Below are positions 23,369 through 36,545 of a DNA stretch of 64,000 nucleotides, one piece after another (the first letter of the stretch is position 1; every line of letters starts with the position of its first letter). Position numbers and translations under genes: made by a program. This DNA is from Welwitschia mirabilis. Lineage: Eukaryota. The stretch covers positions 454,143-518,142 of the forward strand of contig JBOZIK010000001.1 in the NCBI GenBank assembly GCA_051453625.1. The letters are read 5' to 3'. The notes below the pieces were generated by a model that had not been told where the DNA came from, made no database searches, and saw only the letters and a list, made by a program, of their open reading frames with translations.

Positions 23369-24668
23369 GTAAGTTCTTCCGAGAGTTTGGTTGCCTTTGC
23401 CTTTCTGAAATTAGGTTTTCTTCCCTACATGTTCATTGGCTTCCTTATTGAGAGAATCTTCTCTGGAATCATCAAAGAGCGACTGCCTATTAGGTCATAC
23501 ACAACAATGATAGTGCTAGTAGTACATCTTTGTCTTTTTCTAGTTGAGGTCCTTGTATCATTAGGTTGTTGTCTATTGTGATAAAGGGGTTTTAGACAAT
23601 TTGACCTTATCTGTTGCAATTCAGGGCTTTGCATCAGTCTACTTCCTATCATGGCCCTTGTTTGTTGCAGTTTGGCATGTTTTTCCTGTGAAAATTGAAT
23701 TTTCGTTTATGTCTTCTAAGAGCTAGAGTTCAATATAGAATCTTTATATTCAGAAGGAATTTGGTTTTATATAGCCTTTTTCACATTTGGTATTCAAACG
23801 ACATTTTCTTTTCACATTATGTTTTCTTTTTACTTTGACTGTTGTACATATCTGTTAAATTAATGGTGCACTAAAAATAAAACTAGCAGATACTGATTGA
23901 CTCCAAAAATAACCATGAACTAGCTCTGCATAAAATTTTAAGATCTTAAAAAGGAAACATCAATCAAGCATGGTTATTGGATATTTGGAAGGGTAGTTGT
24001 CCAAGAAGACGAGTGCTTTGTACCATTCTTGACTTTTTCAACTTTGAGGAATGTGCTTTAGTGAACTGAATTGGATTGACATTCTGCTTTGTTTTAGTAC
24101 TCATGCTTTTGTTGTTGTTTGTTCATCTTGATCTATGAAAGGCAGTTTAATTTTACGATGACAAGCATTTTGTTTTTATTTATCTTAGATATGGGTCTCC
24201 ACAATAAAAATTTGTGTTCCTGAAATGCAATGAAATCAAAGAGTAACTGAAGAAAAACAACTTGTAGCTTTGTTATGCTTTGTCCTTTGCATCTTGAGGT
24301 ACATGTTCTGAAACAAAAATCAAACATTTCAAACTCATCTCAAAATCCTGCCCCCATCTGAGAAGCTCCTGACACAGTTTTTTTGATTTTATATCACTCC
24401 TTGATGTAAGCATACAACTAATGGATTTTCAAATAGAGTTCTTTGCAGTGTCCAAGAATTCCATTGAATCATAATTCGACTTTCAACTTGTAGCACTGGC
24501 ATGCTGAGATTTTTCCACTGTTGTTTCTTGGCTGAATTTTAAGTGAAAATTTTAGTTTCTTTTCATGTATGCATTGATTTCCTCTGGTAAAAAAAAGATA
24601 ATGCTATTTGAAAACTTTTCGCTTGTTTTATAAAGCAGAAGTGATAACATGGTGCTTGATGTATGCAG

Positions 24669-24730
24669 TCCTGTTTTTGCTGTCAAGCAAATTCCGTGAG
24701 AATTTCAAAAAAGCTGTTTTCCGCTAGAAT
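24669..24730 (+). CDS. Putative internal exon (SCFCCQANSVRISKKLFSAR)
   Basis: tgcag|TCC...AGAAT|gtaagt; open frame, starts in phase 0 and ends in phase 2. Confidence 0.55.
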
Positions 24731-25878
24731 GTAAGTTCTCTCAAGCTTCAGAGAATGATCAAGTCCAGATTCGAATTTAGTAATGCCAAGATGCCATTAA
24801 CCTTTTTAATTGCATTCGCTATTATTGGATTTATTATTAAGTCATTCATCATCTCCAGATGTACTTCATGCATTGTAATCATATTCTTGAAGAGCACAGT
24901 GCAAGTGTCTGAACCATATATCCTCATCAACATGTAACATCCAATTTTTCATATATATAATTGTTGAAGCCCTTAAAAATGTTTGTCACTTTGAAGAATC
25001 AGTGGGTAATGTATTATCAGCTGTGATTTTTACACATTGCCAGAATAGATTCCCCCTTTTTCTTTTCTCCTTGTACTAAGAAATTTGTCGTGTAACTGTA
25101 TCATTCACTTAAGTGTTTGCAAAATGATATTTATCAACTTCAACATTTTCTTTTATGGTTTTCTGTGTCCCTCAAAAGTAGCAAATGAAAGTATATTCAT
25201 TTTTCTTAATGATTTCAAATCATTTCAAAGCTCTTGCCATACTGAAAATTACCTTAGCTTGGCAATGCAATTATTCTCTTAAGTTTCAGATCTGTAAAAG
25301 ATATAATACAATTTAGGCTATTCGTACTTGCACCTACTTTCGAGCTAAACTACTGTAGATATCCCTTGTCTCTAAAATTGACAGAGCTAATCACAGTTTA
25401 TTATTTTTGTGAACTCCACATTGGAAAGAGCAAATGTAAAATTAAACTTTCAGAAAAGTTGATATTAATTCTTGGTACTGTCAAAACTGTTTCAGTATTA
25501 AGAAACACGCTCAACAAAGTAGAGATGATCTAAATTCTCTAGTTTGTACATGCTTTTGACAATAATTCATTGTTTGTGTTGAGGAACAATGCTGATGAAG
25601 CGGAGTGATCTTATTATTACATGCTGTAAGAGTGTAACTTAATGCAAAACCATTCAAGTCAAAATAAAATTGCATGGTTAATAGTCATGGTACAGTATTG
25701 AACTTTCAATCAATATGATGGTGATTCCACCCAAAAGCTAAAATCAATCAGTCAGAGTGAGATGGCATTCTTGGAAATGTCATGTACAGCTGTAACTGTG
25801 ATTTTATTGGAGTTCATGATATTGCTTAAGAAGTTAATCAGAAAACTGTCAGGATCAATTAGTTCTACGTGTATCAAG

Positions 25879-27273
25879 TCTGTATATACGTTTACTGAAG
25901 GTGGGTGGGGTATGCGTGAAGGTGGGGTATGCGGCAACACTAGGGTGGGTGCGGGTTAGACCTCCTGGTCTCGCCACACTCTGAGACCCCATATGGACCA
26001 GCACTGCTTTTTCAACTAAGCTACTCCCACTAGGATAGTCCAATTCACCACATAGTTCAAGGCCCTTGTTACTGTAGGTAGCGTATATACAATGTTTGTA
26101 GTCTTGAGCGAGCAGCATGTATCAGGGTGGCTATTCGAGAATGAGTAGGATAGGGAAACTCACTCATTCCCTATGTACCCAGTGTCGCCTTGCTATCTCA
26201 AGCTCCCTGCAACCGCCGTATATGCGTCAACAACCCGTTAGTGCCAGTTAGAGGACGCCTCATTCCAATGTTTGTTGAATCCTGGATGATGGTACCATAC
26301 TGGACCAGCACTTGAGTGTTTTATACGACAGCAACAAGCGTAGCGGGTTACTTGTCTAAAACACAATAGTTCATGAGGTCGAGCAGTCTGATCGAGCTGC
26401 TTTAGACCACCAGATCCGTCCTCTCCCAACGGTTTTGGGCGGCGTGGTCAGAGTGGAGCGAATCCCTCTCGGTGTGAAGAAGCCAGCATCACATCATATA
26501 GGCAGGCAGCGGTTGGCTAACTCAACGAAATCTGTAGTTTTGTTCTTTGTTCATTTGTGTTACGTCGAATAACAACTACCAACGCTGTCTCTTCCACCAC
26601 AACACCATTAGGTGAAGCATGACGCCTCATAATCTCTATGCAGCTACGATGAGCCTCATCACTTACTAGGTGCCTACAACAAAGACTGGCCGATCCCCCA
26701 CGATAAGGTGCTGCGATACATCTTGCTGAGAGGCATGCATAGGGGTGTGCACACTTTGATAATCCCAACTCAGTGTTATGCTAGACTGGCTTCTTGAAGT
26801 GATGCCGCTCTAGGTCTTATGAGAGCATTCTAGTTCCCACATCGGGTAGTTCCCACATCAGGCTGTCGACGCCTATCGATCAGGAATAAGAAGACAACGG
26901 GTTAGGGAGAGGTTCCCGCCCGTAACGAACCATGTCACCGTAACATGGACGAGTGGAAATATGTAACGTGGCAGCCAGCTGATACGGTAGGGTAGGTAGT
27001 AACTTTCTATGTAGGGGCGATTCTCTGAGTTTCCCATACCGCTCCCAAGCGTTCTAGTGACATATAGGGTAGTAGGGAATGGTTGAGGGAATGACCCACT
27101 CATCGCGCATGGAGCAGCCTAACAAGTGAGAATGGGTAATTCCTAGCTCTGTATATACGGTAACAAGTTGGGAATCATGCCATTCTACGTAACTAGTCAA
27201 ACGCACGTAGGGACCGTGGGTGAAGCTACGGTTGCTAGGGCCTGGGACGGCATTTCCTCAATCGGTGTCATAA
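25879..27273. other. GC- and CpG-rich non-coding insert of unknown origin (organellar DNA or repair filler?)
   Basis: Abrupt compositional shift with many intact CpGs, unlike the flanks; many short internal direct and inverted repeats; no recognisable ORF; ends at a gap. Confidence 0.55.
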
Positions 27274-27604
27274 NNNNNNNNNNNNNNNNNNNNNNNNNNN
27301 NNNNNNNNNNNNNNNNNNNNNNNNNNNNNNNNNNNNNNNNNNNNNNNNNNNNNNNNNNNNNNNNNNNNNNNNNACTGCATAGGTGTTGTGAATAGGGTGA
27401 ATCATAAAATTTAATTACTTAATTTTAAGAAACTAAAATCATAACTTTGCTTGAGAAAGCAAATCAGAAATTACTGAATCATGAACACAATAAAATAAAC
27501 TCAAACAAATAGAAAGAGTGCACCATGGTTTTATAGTGGTTCGGCAATCCTTGCCTACTCCACTTTTAGGGAGCAGCAACGTGCTCTTAGCCTTTTGGTT
27601 TTCT

Positions 27605-27710
27605 TAGAACACCCTTCTCCAAGGACAGCTTACAACACCCTTTACCAAGGGTCATCTTACAACACCCTTCACCAAGGGTCACTTTACAACACTCTTCTCT
27701 CAAGGGTCAG
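27605..27710. repeat. Tandem ~27-bp repeat (ttacaacacccttctccaagggtca) x4
   Basis: Direct reading. Confidence 0.8.
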
Positions 27711-28191
27711 CTTGCTTAATCCAATGAGCATTCACAAGGAATCAATCAAATAGAAGGCATGATGATTTGTATGCCTTTCATACATACACAATACACCAGC
27801 ATATAGTACAACAATCTTTTAATGAAATGATACAATATAGGAGTAGAGATAGAGAAGAAGATGCTTTCTTTTTCGAATAGATTATACCCAGGTCAGATCT
27901 GCATTGTGATAATGACACAATACCTTTTATAGAGTTCTTTGAAAAACTAGCTGTTAGATTTTTGTTTGAAGTGCTTTGGAACTTGGTTTATGTGCCCTGA
28001 AGGTCGCTTAGCCGTTTGTGCCTTGAAGTGTACAATCTAATAGTCATTTTGATTTACTTTTCGCTACAACGTTTGCTTGGGCGGACGTCCCATCTTTTCT
28101 GGCCGGACATTCCATCTTTTCTGGCTGGACATCCCGGTTTTTATTATCACTGCTATGCTAAAACTACAAGGGGGATGTCCCAGTTTCGTGG

Positions 28192-28400
28192 GGGAACATC
28201 CCGGTTTTACAAGGGGGAAGTCCTAGTACTTTGGGACTGCAAGGGAGGTGGGATGTCCCGGTTTTACAGGTGGGACGTCCTAGTACATTAGGACTGCAAA
28301 GGAGGTGGGACATCTTAGTTTTACAGGTGGGACATCCCAGTACATTGGGACTGCAAAGGAGGTGGAACATCCCGGTTTCACAGGTGGGACATCCTGGGAC
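28192..28400. repeat. Tandem 57-bp repeat x~3.5 carrying GGGACGTCCC-type palindromes
   Basis: Unit gggatgtcccggttttacaggtgggacgtcctagtacattaggactgcaaaggaggt; 19-aa periodicity visible in ORF 28164-28370. Confidence 0.9.
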
Positions 28401-28779
28401 TTTTTGTCAGATTTTCACTTCTTTAACCTTGGTCATTCTATAGTCCTGTTGTTTGGTGACATTATTGAAACTCTTCATTTTCTCAACAAAAACGAGTCCC
28501 AAACTTGATGAAAATTCATCTGCTTAGACATATTACAAGCTCTGGTACTACCTAGCTTAATAAATTTAATTCATGTATTTATTGCTTGTTTTTATAGTTG
28601 AATTGAATTGTGTTATCCACCTATAATATTATTATTTATTTTTTAGTGCTTTTAACTAAGAAGTTAATTTATGGGAATCATACTGCGCATACCAAAGTTA
28701 CTAGTACATGCAACTAAATAAAGACCCATTGTGGCTAGTGTTGGCACAAGAGCTGACCACCAAATATCTGAGTCTTACC

Positions 28780-28890
28780 TCTTGGGTGTAAATCACATGT
28801 GAGACCTAGACATTTGATGGCTGGCTCTTAGGCTAGTACGGCCATTCATGGGTTCTCATTCAACCAAGCAGATCAATGATGTGAGTAAGT
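28780..28890 (-). repeat. Short dispersed repeat, second copy (see 23095-23215)
   Basis: Reverse-complement similarity. Confidence 0.65.
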
Positions 28891-29815
28891 ATAGTACAAT
28901 CAGTATTACAATTTGACACGGAAACCTGGGTGTCACATGGAATTGTGGATTACGACGGGGTCACAGATTGCCAAAGATCATTATAAGATGCACTCATTTT
29001 GCAAATTCCTTTTCTGAATAAGAAAATGGCAGTTAGGGGACTGCATTAAGCAAGTTCTCTTGGTAGTCAGGGCACCTACAACAAAAGTATATATTGGGAG
29101 GATACCCCAAGTTTAAATCCTAAGAGCAAACATTGAGTTAAAGAGTTCCCTTGCCTAAAAACTTTAATCTATACATGACAAAACCTACTTTTTAACTCAG
29201 AAGTGTAGCATGTCAATGGTAAGGCAAAAACAGTTTACCTAAGAGTATCTCCTTAATAAGAGTATTTGATTTGGTTTGCCAAAATTACATATAACAATGG
29301 CAAGGGCATCAACAACAATAAGACCATGATGGCTTATTATGACTATAGATTGCAGTAAGACCATTATGGCCTAAGGCATAAATAATAAAAAATGTATTAT
29401 GGTTTATTAAGTGGTGCCCACTATTATGGCCCTCAACCTATTATTGCACAATGAGTGGGTTCCAATAGCCAAGACCACACACTGAGCAAGGTTCCAATAG
29501 CCAAGACCAATGAATTACTTAAGTTTAGCCATGAACGTAAGATACCATTGACTAACTTTGCTATGGTCCAGTTTTAATTTGGTGTCTAAAACTAAATTGA
29601 ATCTAAGCAACATGTTCCATTACCATTTTTACCTTTGACATTTGTTCCCATATGCATATGCAAGGTATTAAATGTTTCTATTTTCCAATGTCCAAGAAAC
29701 ATCTGCATCTGTATATTATTGATACTAAATAAAATGTTAATTTATGCTTGTTATAACATTGTAAATCTTTAAGAATATTTCTTATGATGTTTATGTATTA
29801 TTATTGCCATTATAG

Positions 29816-29897
29816 AGGAATGGATTCCACATTTGGAGCAGAAGCATCAAAGCAGTATCATACTCTTCCTCCTCCGAGACTTTTTCCATCTGCATAG
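29816..29897 (+). CDS. Putative terminal coding exon (GMDSTFGAEASKQYHTLPPPRLFPSA*)
   Basis: T-rich tract then tatag|A GGA ATG...GCA TAG; completes codon AT|A from the previous exon; followed by U-rich UTR-like sequence. Confidence 0.55.
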
Positions 29898-32639
29898 GGT
29901 TGACTTTTCAAGTTCTTTTGCACTATTCACAGTTATCAATAGCTGGGTGACTAGTTATTTTAAGATATTGCACCTCTCTCTCCTTACAAGTTCTTCTCTT
30001 GTGTTTTTCAATCTTCCTTTTGGTTGTCTTCCTTTAATTTCAACAAACCACATCTTTTGATGGGTGCAATTTTGGTCTAGAATGGACATTCCCAAACCAT
30101 CTTAGGTGCTCACCTTTATGTTATTACTTTTGGTGTTACCGCAAGGCTTTCTTTAACATGAAAATTGCTAATTCTGTCTTGTTTTGTGTCATTTATCACC
30201 CATCTCAACATTTCGTCTTTCTCACACTATTGTGTTGCTCTTGTTGCTTGTTTAAAGCCCAACAATTTGCATCATACAGACTTGCAATTGTAACTATTGT
30301 CTTGTAGGACTTTCTATTCAATTTAATTGGAATTCTTTTGTCACACAAAATTGCACTCGCTTATTTTTATATTGTGAAACTCCAAATTTATTTTTTACAT
30401 AGTTGTTAATTGCTTTATCCATTTGTGAGATTGATCCTAAATACCGAGATTGAATTTGTTGCACTACTTTGTGGTCTTGAATTTTTTTCTTTACATCATT
30501 GCTATTTATTTTCTCCTAAATTGCAGTCTGTTTATTTCATTCTTACTCCTGTTAGTCTTTAATCTCTTTAATTTAAGGCTTTTCTCTAGGTTAAGATTTT
30601 AAAAGCAAGGATTTCTTTAGATTTATCCACTGATAGCTTTAGATTAATCCGCTAGTACATTGCTATCTATAAATAGCATACACCAACAATGGCAAACAAA
30701 TATGGACAACGTGATGACCCTTTATGTAACCCTACTTCCTGTGGACATTTAATAGTTTCTCCCCACGTTGTTTGAACTCTTGTTGTGTTTGAACTCTTGG
30801 TGTGACTCCACCATGCATGTCATGCATAAGAATAATATACCTGGCTGAAAAGAACCTTTACGATGTATCTCATCAATGTATAATGTGGTTAGTTTGTCTT
30901 TTACAAAGATTGAAGTCTGGAATAAAAATGACTTTGTTCTTAGCAAATGCTTTGATTGGTTATGTGACGTTTCCTTGAAGAATTTGAAGATTCATCTAAG
31001 TATTCAATTCTAGGATTTAGATCTTTCAACATTCTAGAAATATTTGGATTTTCTGATGAACAAGTGAAGTAGAATGTGATTGTTTTGTTATGAAAATCCA
31101 TACGTATAGGTCTTATTCATCTTGGATTTTTCAAACATGGAAGCCAAACATATGAGATTCAACTTCTTATTTGTCTCAACCTTGAAGAGAAATTTAAATA
31201 AAATAACAAAATTTGATCTTAGATTTTTGGGATCTTGAAATTGTTTATTGTGTAATTTCTCCATTTGGTCGCTTTTTGGATGGACTATAATTTCCTTTTG
31301 GCTCATTGTTAGTTGAATTGTCGAGTCTGCATTTTGATAAAAGATAGTTCCTTTTTGTGAATTATTACATGTTCAGATTACTTGGATAGAAATCTGAAAT
31401 TTTCCTGTTCCAGTTAGTGAAGCATTCATCCATATTATCAATGTAGAAAGTTTCAAATTTCATATTTGTGATCATATCCATACATTTATTTCAAGAACCG
31501 ACATTATTCCCAAAAAGCCATGGAATCCAAAGGAAAGACTTCTATTAAAGGTGATCATTTTGACAGATCAATTGACAAGTTCATAGATACAAGAGATGAA
31601 GATGTTTCTTCTAAATAAATAACCTATTAAAATGTGGATAAAATAAAAAAGAGAATAAATATAATTAAGCAATAAATAAATAATTAATAATTAGTACCTA
31701 TACACTTTACACATGCTAGGTAATAAACCTTCAATATGCTTCTCATCACTTTTTTGCTTTATATTACATACTATCTTTGACTTGGACCTAAGCCTATTTA
31801 GAGCTCCTAGATATTAAAGTTAAATGGTTTGGTTCGCTCAGATTCAATTGATTTGTTTAAGGTAGTTATACTAATTGCCTTAACTAATCCTGTCATCTAT
31901 ATGGATGAACATAGATAATTTTGTTCGTTCTCTTCTTGAAAGATGTATGAATGGATGCCAACCCTTCAACTAAATTCTTTGGATTCATCATTGAATCTTT
32001 TGAAGTTTTAACACTTTCTTGCAATGGTGGATCATGGTTCTAGAGAAAGATATCCTCTAGTCTCCTTTTGATGGTGCCTTGGTAAATCTATCAAGTCTTT
32101 ATTACTTTGTATTAATGTATTTTCTATTCAAAAAATTTTCTTGAAAATAACCCTATATGAAGTAATTTTCTTTTGTTAAAAAAATTATAAGTTAAAAATT
32201 TGGCTCTAGAATCATTGGTGCACCACTAACAATGGGAATGTTAGCTCTCCAAAATAAGAGCCATATTAGATGAAATGCAGTCTTGCTTCTAATTTCTTCT
32301 TTTGGCTCTCAAGCAACTACTTTCTACCTGAACGTTTTTAGAGATTAGAAGGCTCCATCTTGAGAAAAGCTAGAACCCTAAGGGCTAGAGGTAAAAGGAA
32401 AGTGGGATTATCCCAGCATGATAAAGGCCATGTTATCCAACTCATTCACTATAAAAGACTAGCTAAGAATTAAAGGAGGAGAAAATTGGAATATGCAAAT
32501 AATAATGTTACAATGCAAAATATAATTCATTTTGCATTTTTCAGACTTTTTCCATTAATTAATAATTGAATTGCAAATAGATTGAAGAGGAGATTCTTTT
32601 CATCTAAACAATCTTAAATTATGCTCTTTTGGAACCCAC

Positions 32640-35600
32640 TATAGTAGGAAGCAAATGACAGAAAGCAATATGCACCTCTCGTCCACCTATAGGTCAATGC
32701 CATTCTTTAGCTAAGTGTTCAACATCATTTGCAAGACCTATATGCTGCTCTCTTATTGAAAAATGAAAATCCCAAATTTCTCTTGTCCACACACCAATAA
32801 GAAATACTGTATAGAGGATTCTTCTCCATTTTTACAAAAGTAGCAGTGATCTGTAACTGCCCAACCACATTTTTGAAAATTCTCTAGATAAAGAAATTTA
32901 TCCAATCATGATGGATAATTCTATTTTTTGCCCAATCTAATCATTTCCTTGTCTGGAGGATAACCTTGAAGAGTATTAATATTTGAATTATCTTTAGCTT
33001 GCCATTTTCAATCTGTCTGTATAGATTGGATTCATATTGAGCTTCATCACAGTCTCATTTTCAACATGAATTGAGATGGGTGGTGATATTTGTTCTTTTA
33101 TATCCTTCAAGATTTTATGTAGCTATCATAACTAACTAGCAATGCCTAGAATTGCTACATGTTATGCTTCTACAAATGATCATACAACAATCTCCTATTT
33201 GTGAGAAATAGGGCTTTCATAGTGTAAAATTAGAAATCTAGAAGTAGAAAGGCAGTCATCCTTATCTCCTTTCCAATTTGCCTTAACATAACCTTTTAGG
33301 GATTGCCATAAGAGGTAGTAAAAGAATAATTCTAAATTATTTGTACTTTTCCAATATCTTAGAATTACTTTTGCTAATGTCATGTGATTCTTTAGGGAGT
33401 GCTTTATGAAGCTTGATATCATATTTCCAACAAAGGTGATGTCAGTTTCATATCTATTACATATATTAGTTTTCCAGTTAACTTCTTGTATGGATTTGGA
33501 TCAATTCGCTCACTATTAAGTATTCTTGGATTGTTGCTCAGATTAAGTTGTACAATTTTAGGAATACATTAAGTCATACCAAATTCGTAAAGCAATACTT
33601 TTGTCCATTTCTTTTATGAGATGACAATCTTATCATCTTTTTGTGTGGTTTCAAATCCTAGAAAGAAGTGAGGTAATCCCGAAATTGACATTTTGAATTT
33701 ATAAGATAGCTTGTTTATTGATTCATCTATCTTGTTTTGTTTCTTCCCCATGATGATGATATCATTAACGCATAATATTATGATTACCATTAATCTTCCA
33801 TTCTCTCGGAGAGTATACAAAGGAAGTTCCAGTTTTGAACATATGAATCCTGCTAACAAAAGGTAAGAGTGTTTATTCCATTTTTGGCATATTTGTTTTA
33901 AATCACATAGGGCTCTCTTGAGTTTGCAAACTTTATTTCGATGCTCCTTCGACGCAAATTTTTTTGGTTGACATTCATAAACCTTCTCTTGTAGTTGTGC
34001 ATGGAAAAATGTGAATTGAAAAATGTAGGTTTTACATCTAGTTGAAAGGGCCTGCAATGATAATCGCATACTATGGATAATAAAGTTCTAACCATATACA
34101 TTTTGGTTGTAACTACCAAGTTCTTTGTCTTTATTCCTGTATTTATGTCTTTAACTATCAACATCGCCTTACACTTGTCAATAGAACCATAAGCCTTCAA
34201 CTTGTCTTGAAGACCCATTTGCTTTGTATATCTTTTCTACCTTGCGGCAAATTTATTAATCCCCAGGTTTCAATCGTCAAGCTTCTCCAGTGCATTTTGC
34301 CATTGTTTAACTTGCAATGCCTCTTCAATACTCATTAGTTTATGGATGTTGAACATAACCATAATAGGATATTCAAATATTAATTTTCTATCTTTTAATT
34401 GTTTATTCATTGTTTGATACACAATTTAAATCTCATTGTTTTTCAAGGACTTTGATTGGACAAGTACCCATGGAGGTTTGAGTTGAGAATGGTTTTTTTA
34501 AGGATTAGCTTCTTTATTAGTTAGTTTTAATTCATTTGTTGACACAGGATCATCTCAATTTGTTGTATCTTAGTGATTTCCTATTCGACTGGAATTTGCA
34601 GTTGTTTTTGTGGTCTTATAAATTCATTCCTGTGATCTTCACCTGTATGGACATCCTCTTCAATTTCTTCAACTAATATCTTGTTTGTCCATATAGTTGG
34701 CATTATAGTTTTTCACTTGAGGGCTTTCTCATCAAATTCAACATCTTTAGGGATCACAACATTCTTACCTTCCTTATTCCATACTCAATGGGCTTTTCCT
34801 ATCTTTGAATACCTTAGTAATAGTCCATGATCTTATAGCCAAATTTGCCTCTACTTTCTAGTGGGATACAGATATCACAACGTCACCAAATGGTTAAAGA
34901 TGATGAAGAGTATGTGATTTCTAAGAACACTTTCCTATAGTACATATTTTCCTAGACTTCCACGTGTATTCTATTTACTTTATAGTTTGTCATCTCTACT
35001 TCTTTTGGTAAGGGACCTTTGGAAGTATCCGTGTTATGCAAGCAAAACGAGTCTGAGATTTCATGTTTTATTTCATGTTGCTTTAGGTAATTATTGACTT
35101 CTATGCTACAATATTCTCCATTCTTATCAGATCTTAGACATTAAATCTTAAATGATTTTTTATTCTTTGTAAGTGCTTTGAATTCTTTAAAAGCTAAAAA
35201 TGCTTTTGACTTATCCTTAAAGAAATAAATCCAAGATATTCTTGTAAATTATCAATCCATGTAGCAAAATAAGCTTGTTGGGAATAATTGGTTCGATTGA
35301 TCCACAAATAACATTGTTGGTTAGTTTAAAAGGTATTTTGGTTTATGTCATGGATCGTGGAAAAGACCGTCTTATCATTTTATCCATCTTGTTTTTATAT
35401 CTAAAATCAAATATTTAGATAAATGCTTAGCTTTAATCAACGATATAATTCTTCACAATAACTCTTCAACACAATTTGACTTTTTGGAATAATTTGGTAA
35501 ATCAAGTAGGTTTTGGTTGTCATGGCTTCCTTATTGGAATGTGGTAGAGCTTTGGAATAATCAATCTAGTGTTGCCTATATATTTTATATGAGAAATTCT

Positions 35601-35650
35601 TCCTTAGTTAGTATCTACTACCAATCATTTGTTAAAAAATGGAGGAGTTG
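32640..35650 (-). mobile_element. Heavily decayed Ty1/copia (INT-RT-RH)
   Basis: ORFs 33898-34218 (GSIDKCKAMLIVK, FQLDVKPTF), 33614-34069 (LCVNDIIIMG, FFLGFE) and 33195-33422 (GYVKANWKGDKDDCLSTS); INT-like text at ~35100-35330. Confidence 0.85.
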
Positions 35651-36427
35651 AGGAACTTCTCGTATCAAAACATTTGAAGATTTTCATGGCCCATTTAATT
35701 GGTGATGATATTAATATTATTCATCATCTTTATAGCGGAAAAAACCATCAGAATTCTTCGTTTTTAAATAAAATAAAATAAGATAAAATAAAAACATTTT
35801 TTTTTTAAAGAAGAGGTATAGAGTATTGTGGCTGCATGGAGGTTCCTTTCAAAAACTCTAACTACATATGGAACAAGAAGAATCTTGAATATAATGCTTG
35901 GTGAATGCTTCTTGGTTTTTATTATTCATATTGGTTTAGATCATTAACCAATTCTTTTTGAAACTTATCAAATTAAACATAAACATTTCAAATGGATGGA
36001 CGGATGGTTTTAATTTCTTAATTTGAAAGAAAAAGAAATCAAGAATGGTGAAAGATCGAAATTAAGAGTTCAAAGCAATTCTAGCTATCAAAGATGTTAG
36101 CTAATATTAAGCAAGATAGAAAATCCTATCTTACCTAGTATAGGCTAAATTGGAAAGATTAGAAGAATGATTTGATTTATCAAATTCAATAATTTCACTC
36201 AGGCTTAGCCTTTAACATCTTGGGTATGAATTATAAGCGAGACCTAGAAATTTGGTGGCAAACTCCTAAGTCGGCTTATAAATTTTCATCTATACAAGCA
36301 AACTTGTAATCTTGTTGAGTGTGGCAAAGCTTCATATGAATTAAGTTGTTCAAAAAGCAAACAAAAAAAAAAAAAGGGCAGTTCAAGAGAAGATTCAAAG
36401 AGATGAGTGGATAGATGATTTAGATGA

Positions 36428-36545
36428 TGAAGAAAGAAATTACATTAGGAGTTTTATTATCTATAGAAAGAAATTGCATTAGGATTTTCATCATCTAAGG
36501 AAAAAGAAAGAAATTGCATTGGGATTTTCATCGTCTATAGAAACG
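36428..36545. repeat. Degenerate tandem repeat x3 (agaaagaaattgcattaggattttcatcatcta)
   Basis: Direct reading. Confidence 0.75.

Larger units (their letters stand above)
27374..28620 (-). mobile_element. Sirevirus (SIRE/Maximus)-like LTR
   Basis: ggtgttgtgaatagg end motif; gtggttcggcaatccttgcctactccac; TATA-like ctctataaaagg on - (~27925); palindrome-containing tandem repeats upstream of the TATA. Right boundary uncertain. Confidence 0.6.

Noticed and set aside
24639..24727. Alternative reading VITWCLMYAVLFLLSSKFRENFKK (membrane-helix-like)
   Set aside because: Frame hits TAG at 24725-24727 before the donor; the 24669 frame is open and phase-compatible
24748..25940. Minus-strand ORFs 24748-24933 and 25752-25940 as viral or transposase remnants
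   Set aside because: No recognisable motif; the one frame I extended (25752-25940) breaks repeatedly; consistent with AT-rich intron
28192..28400. CRISPR-like periodic array
   Set aside because: The whole unit repeats with no unique spacers; no cas genes; lies in a plant LTR
29458..29510. Short duplication ggttccaatagccaagacca x2 (similar ones at ~19115-19150 and ~61864-61911)
   Set aside because: Ordinary local slippage or repair duplications
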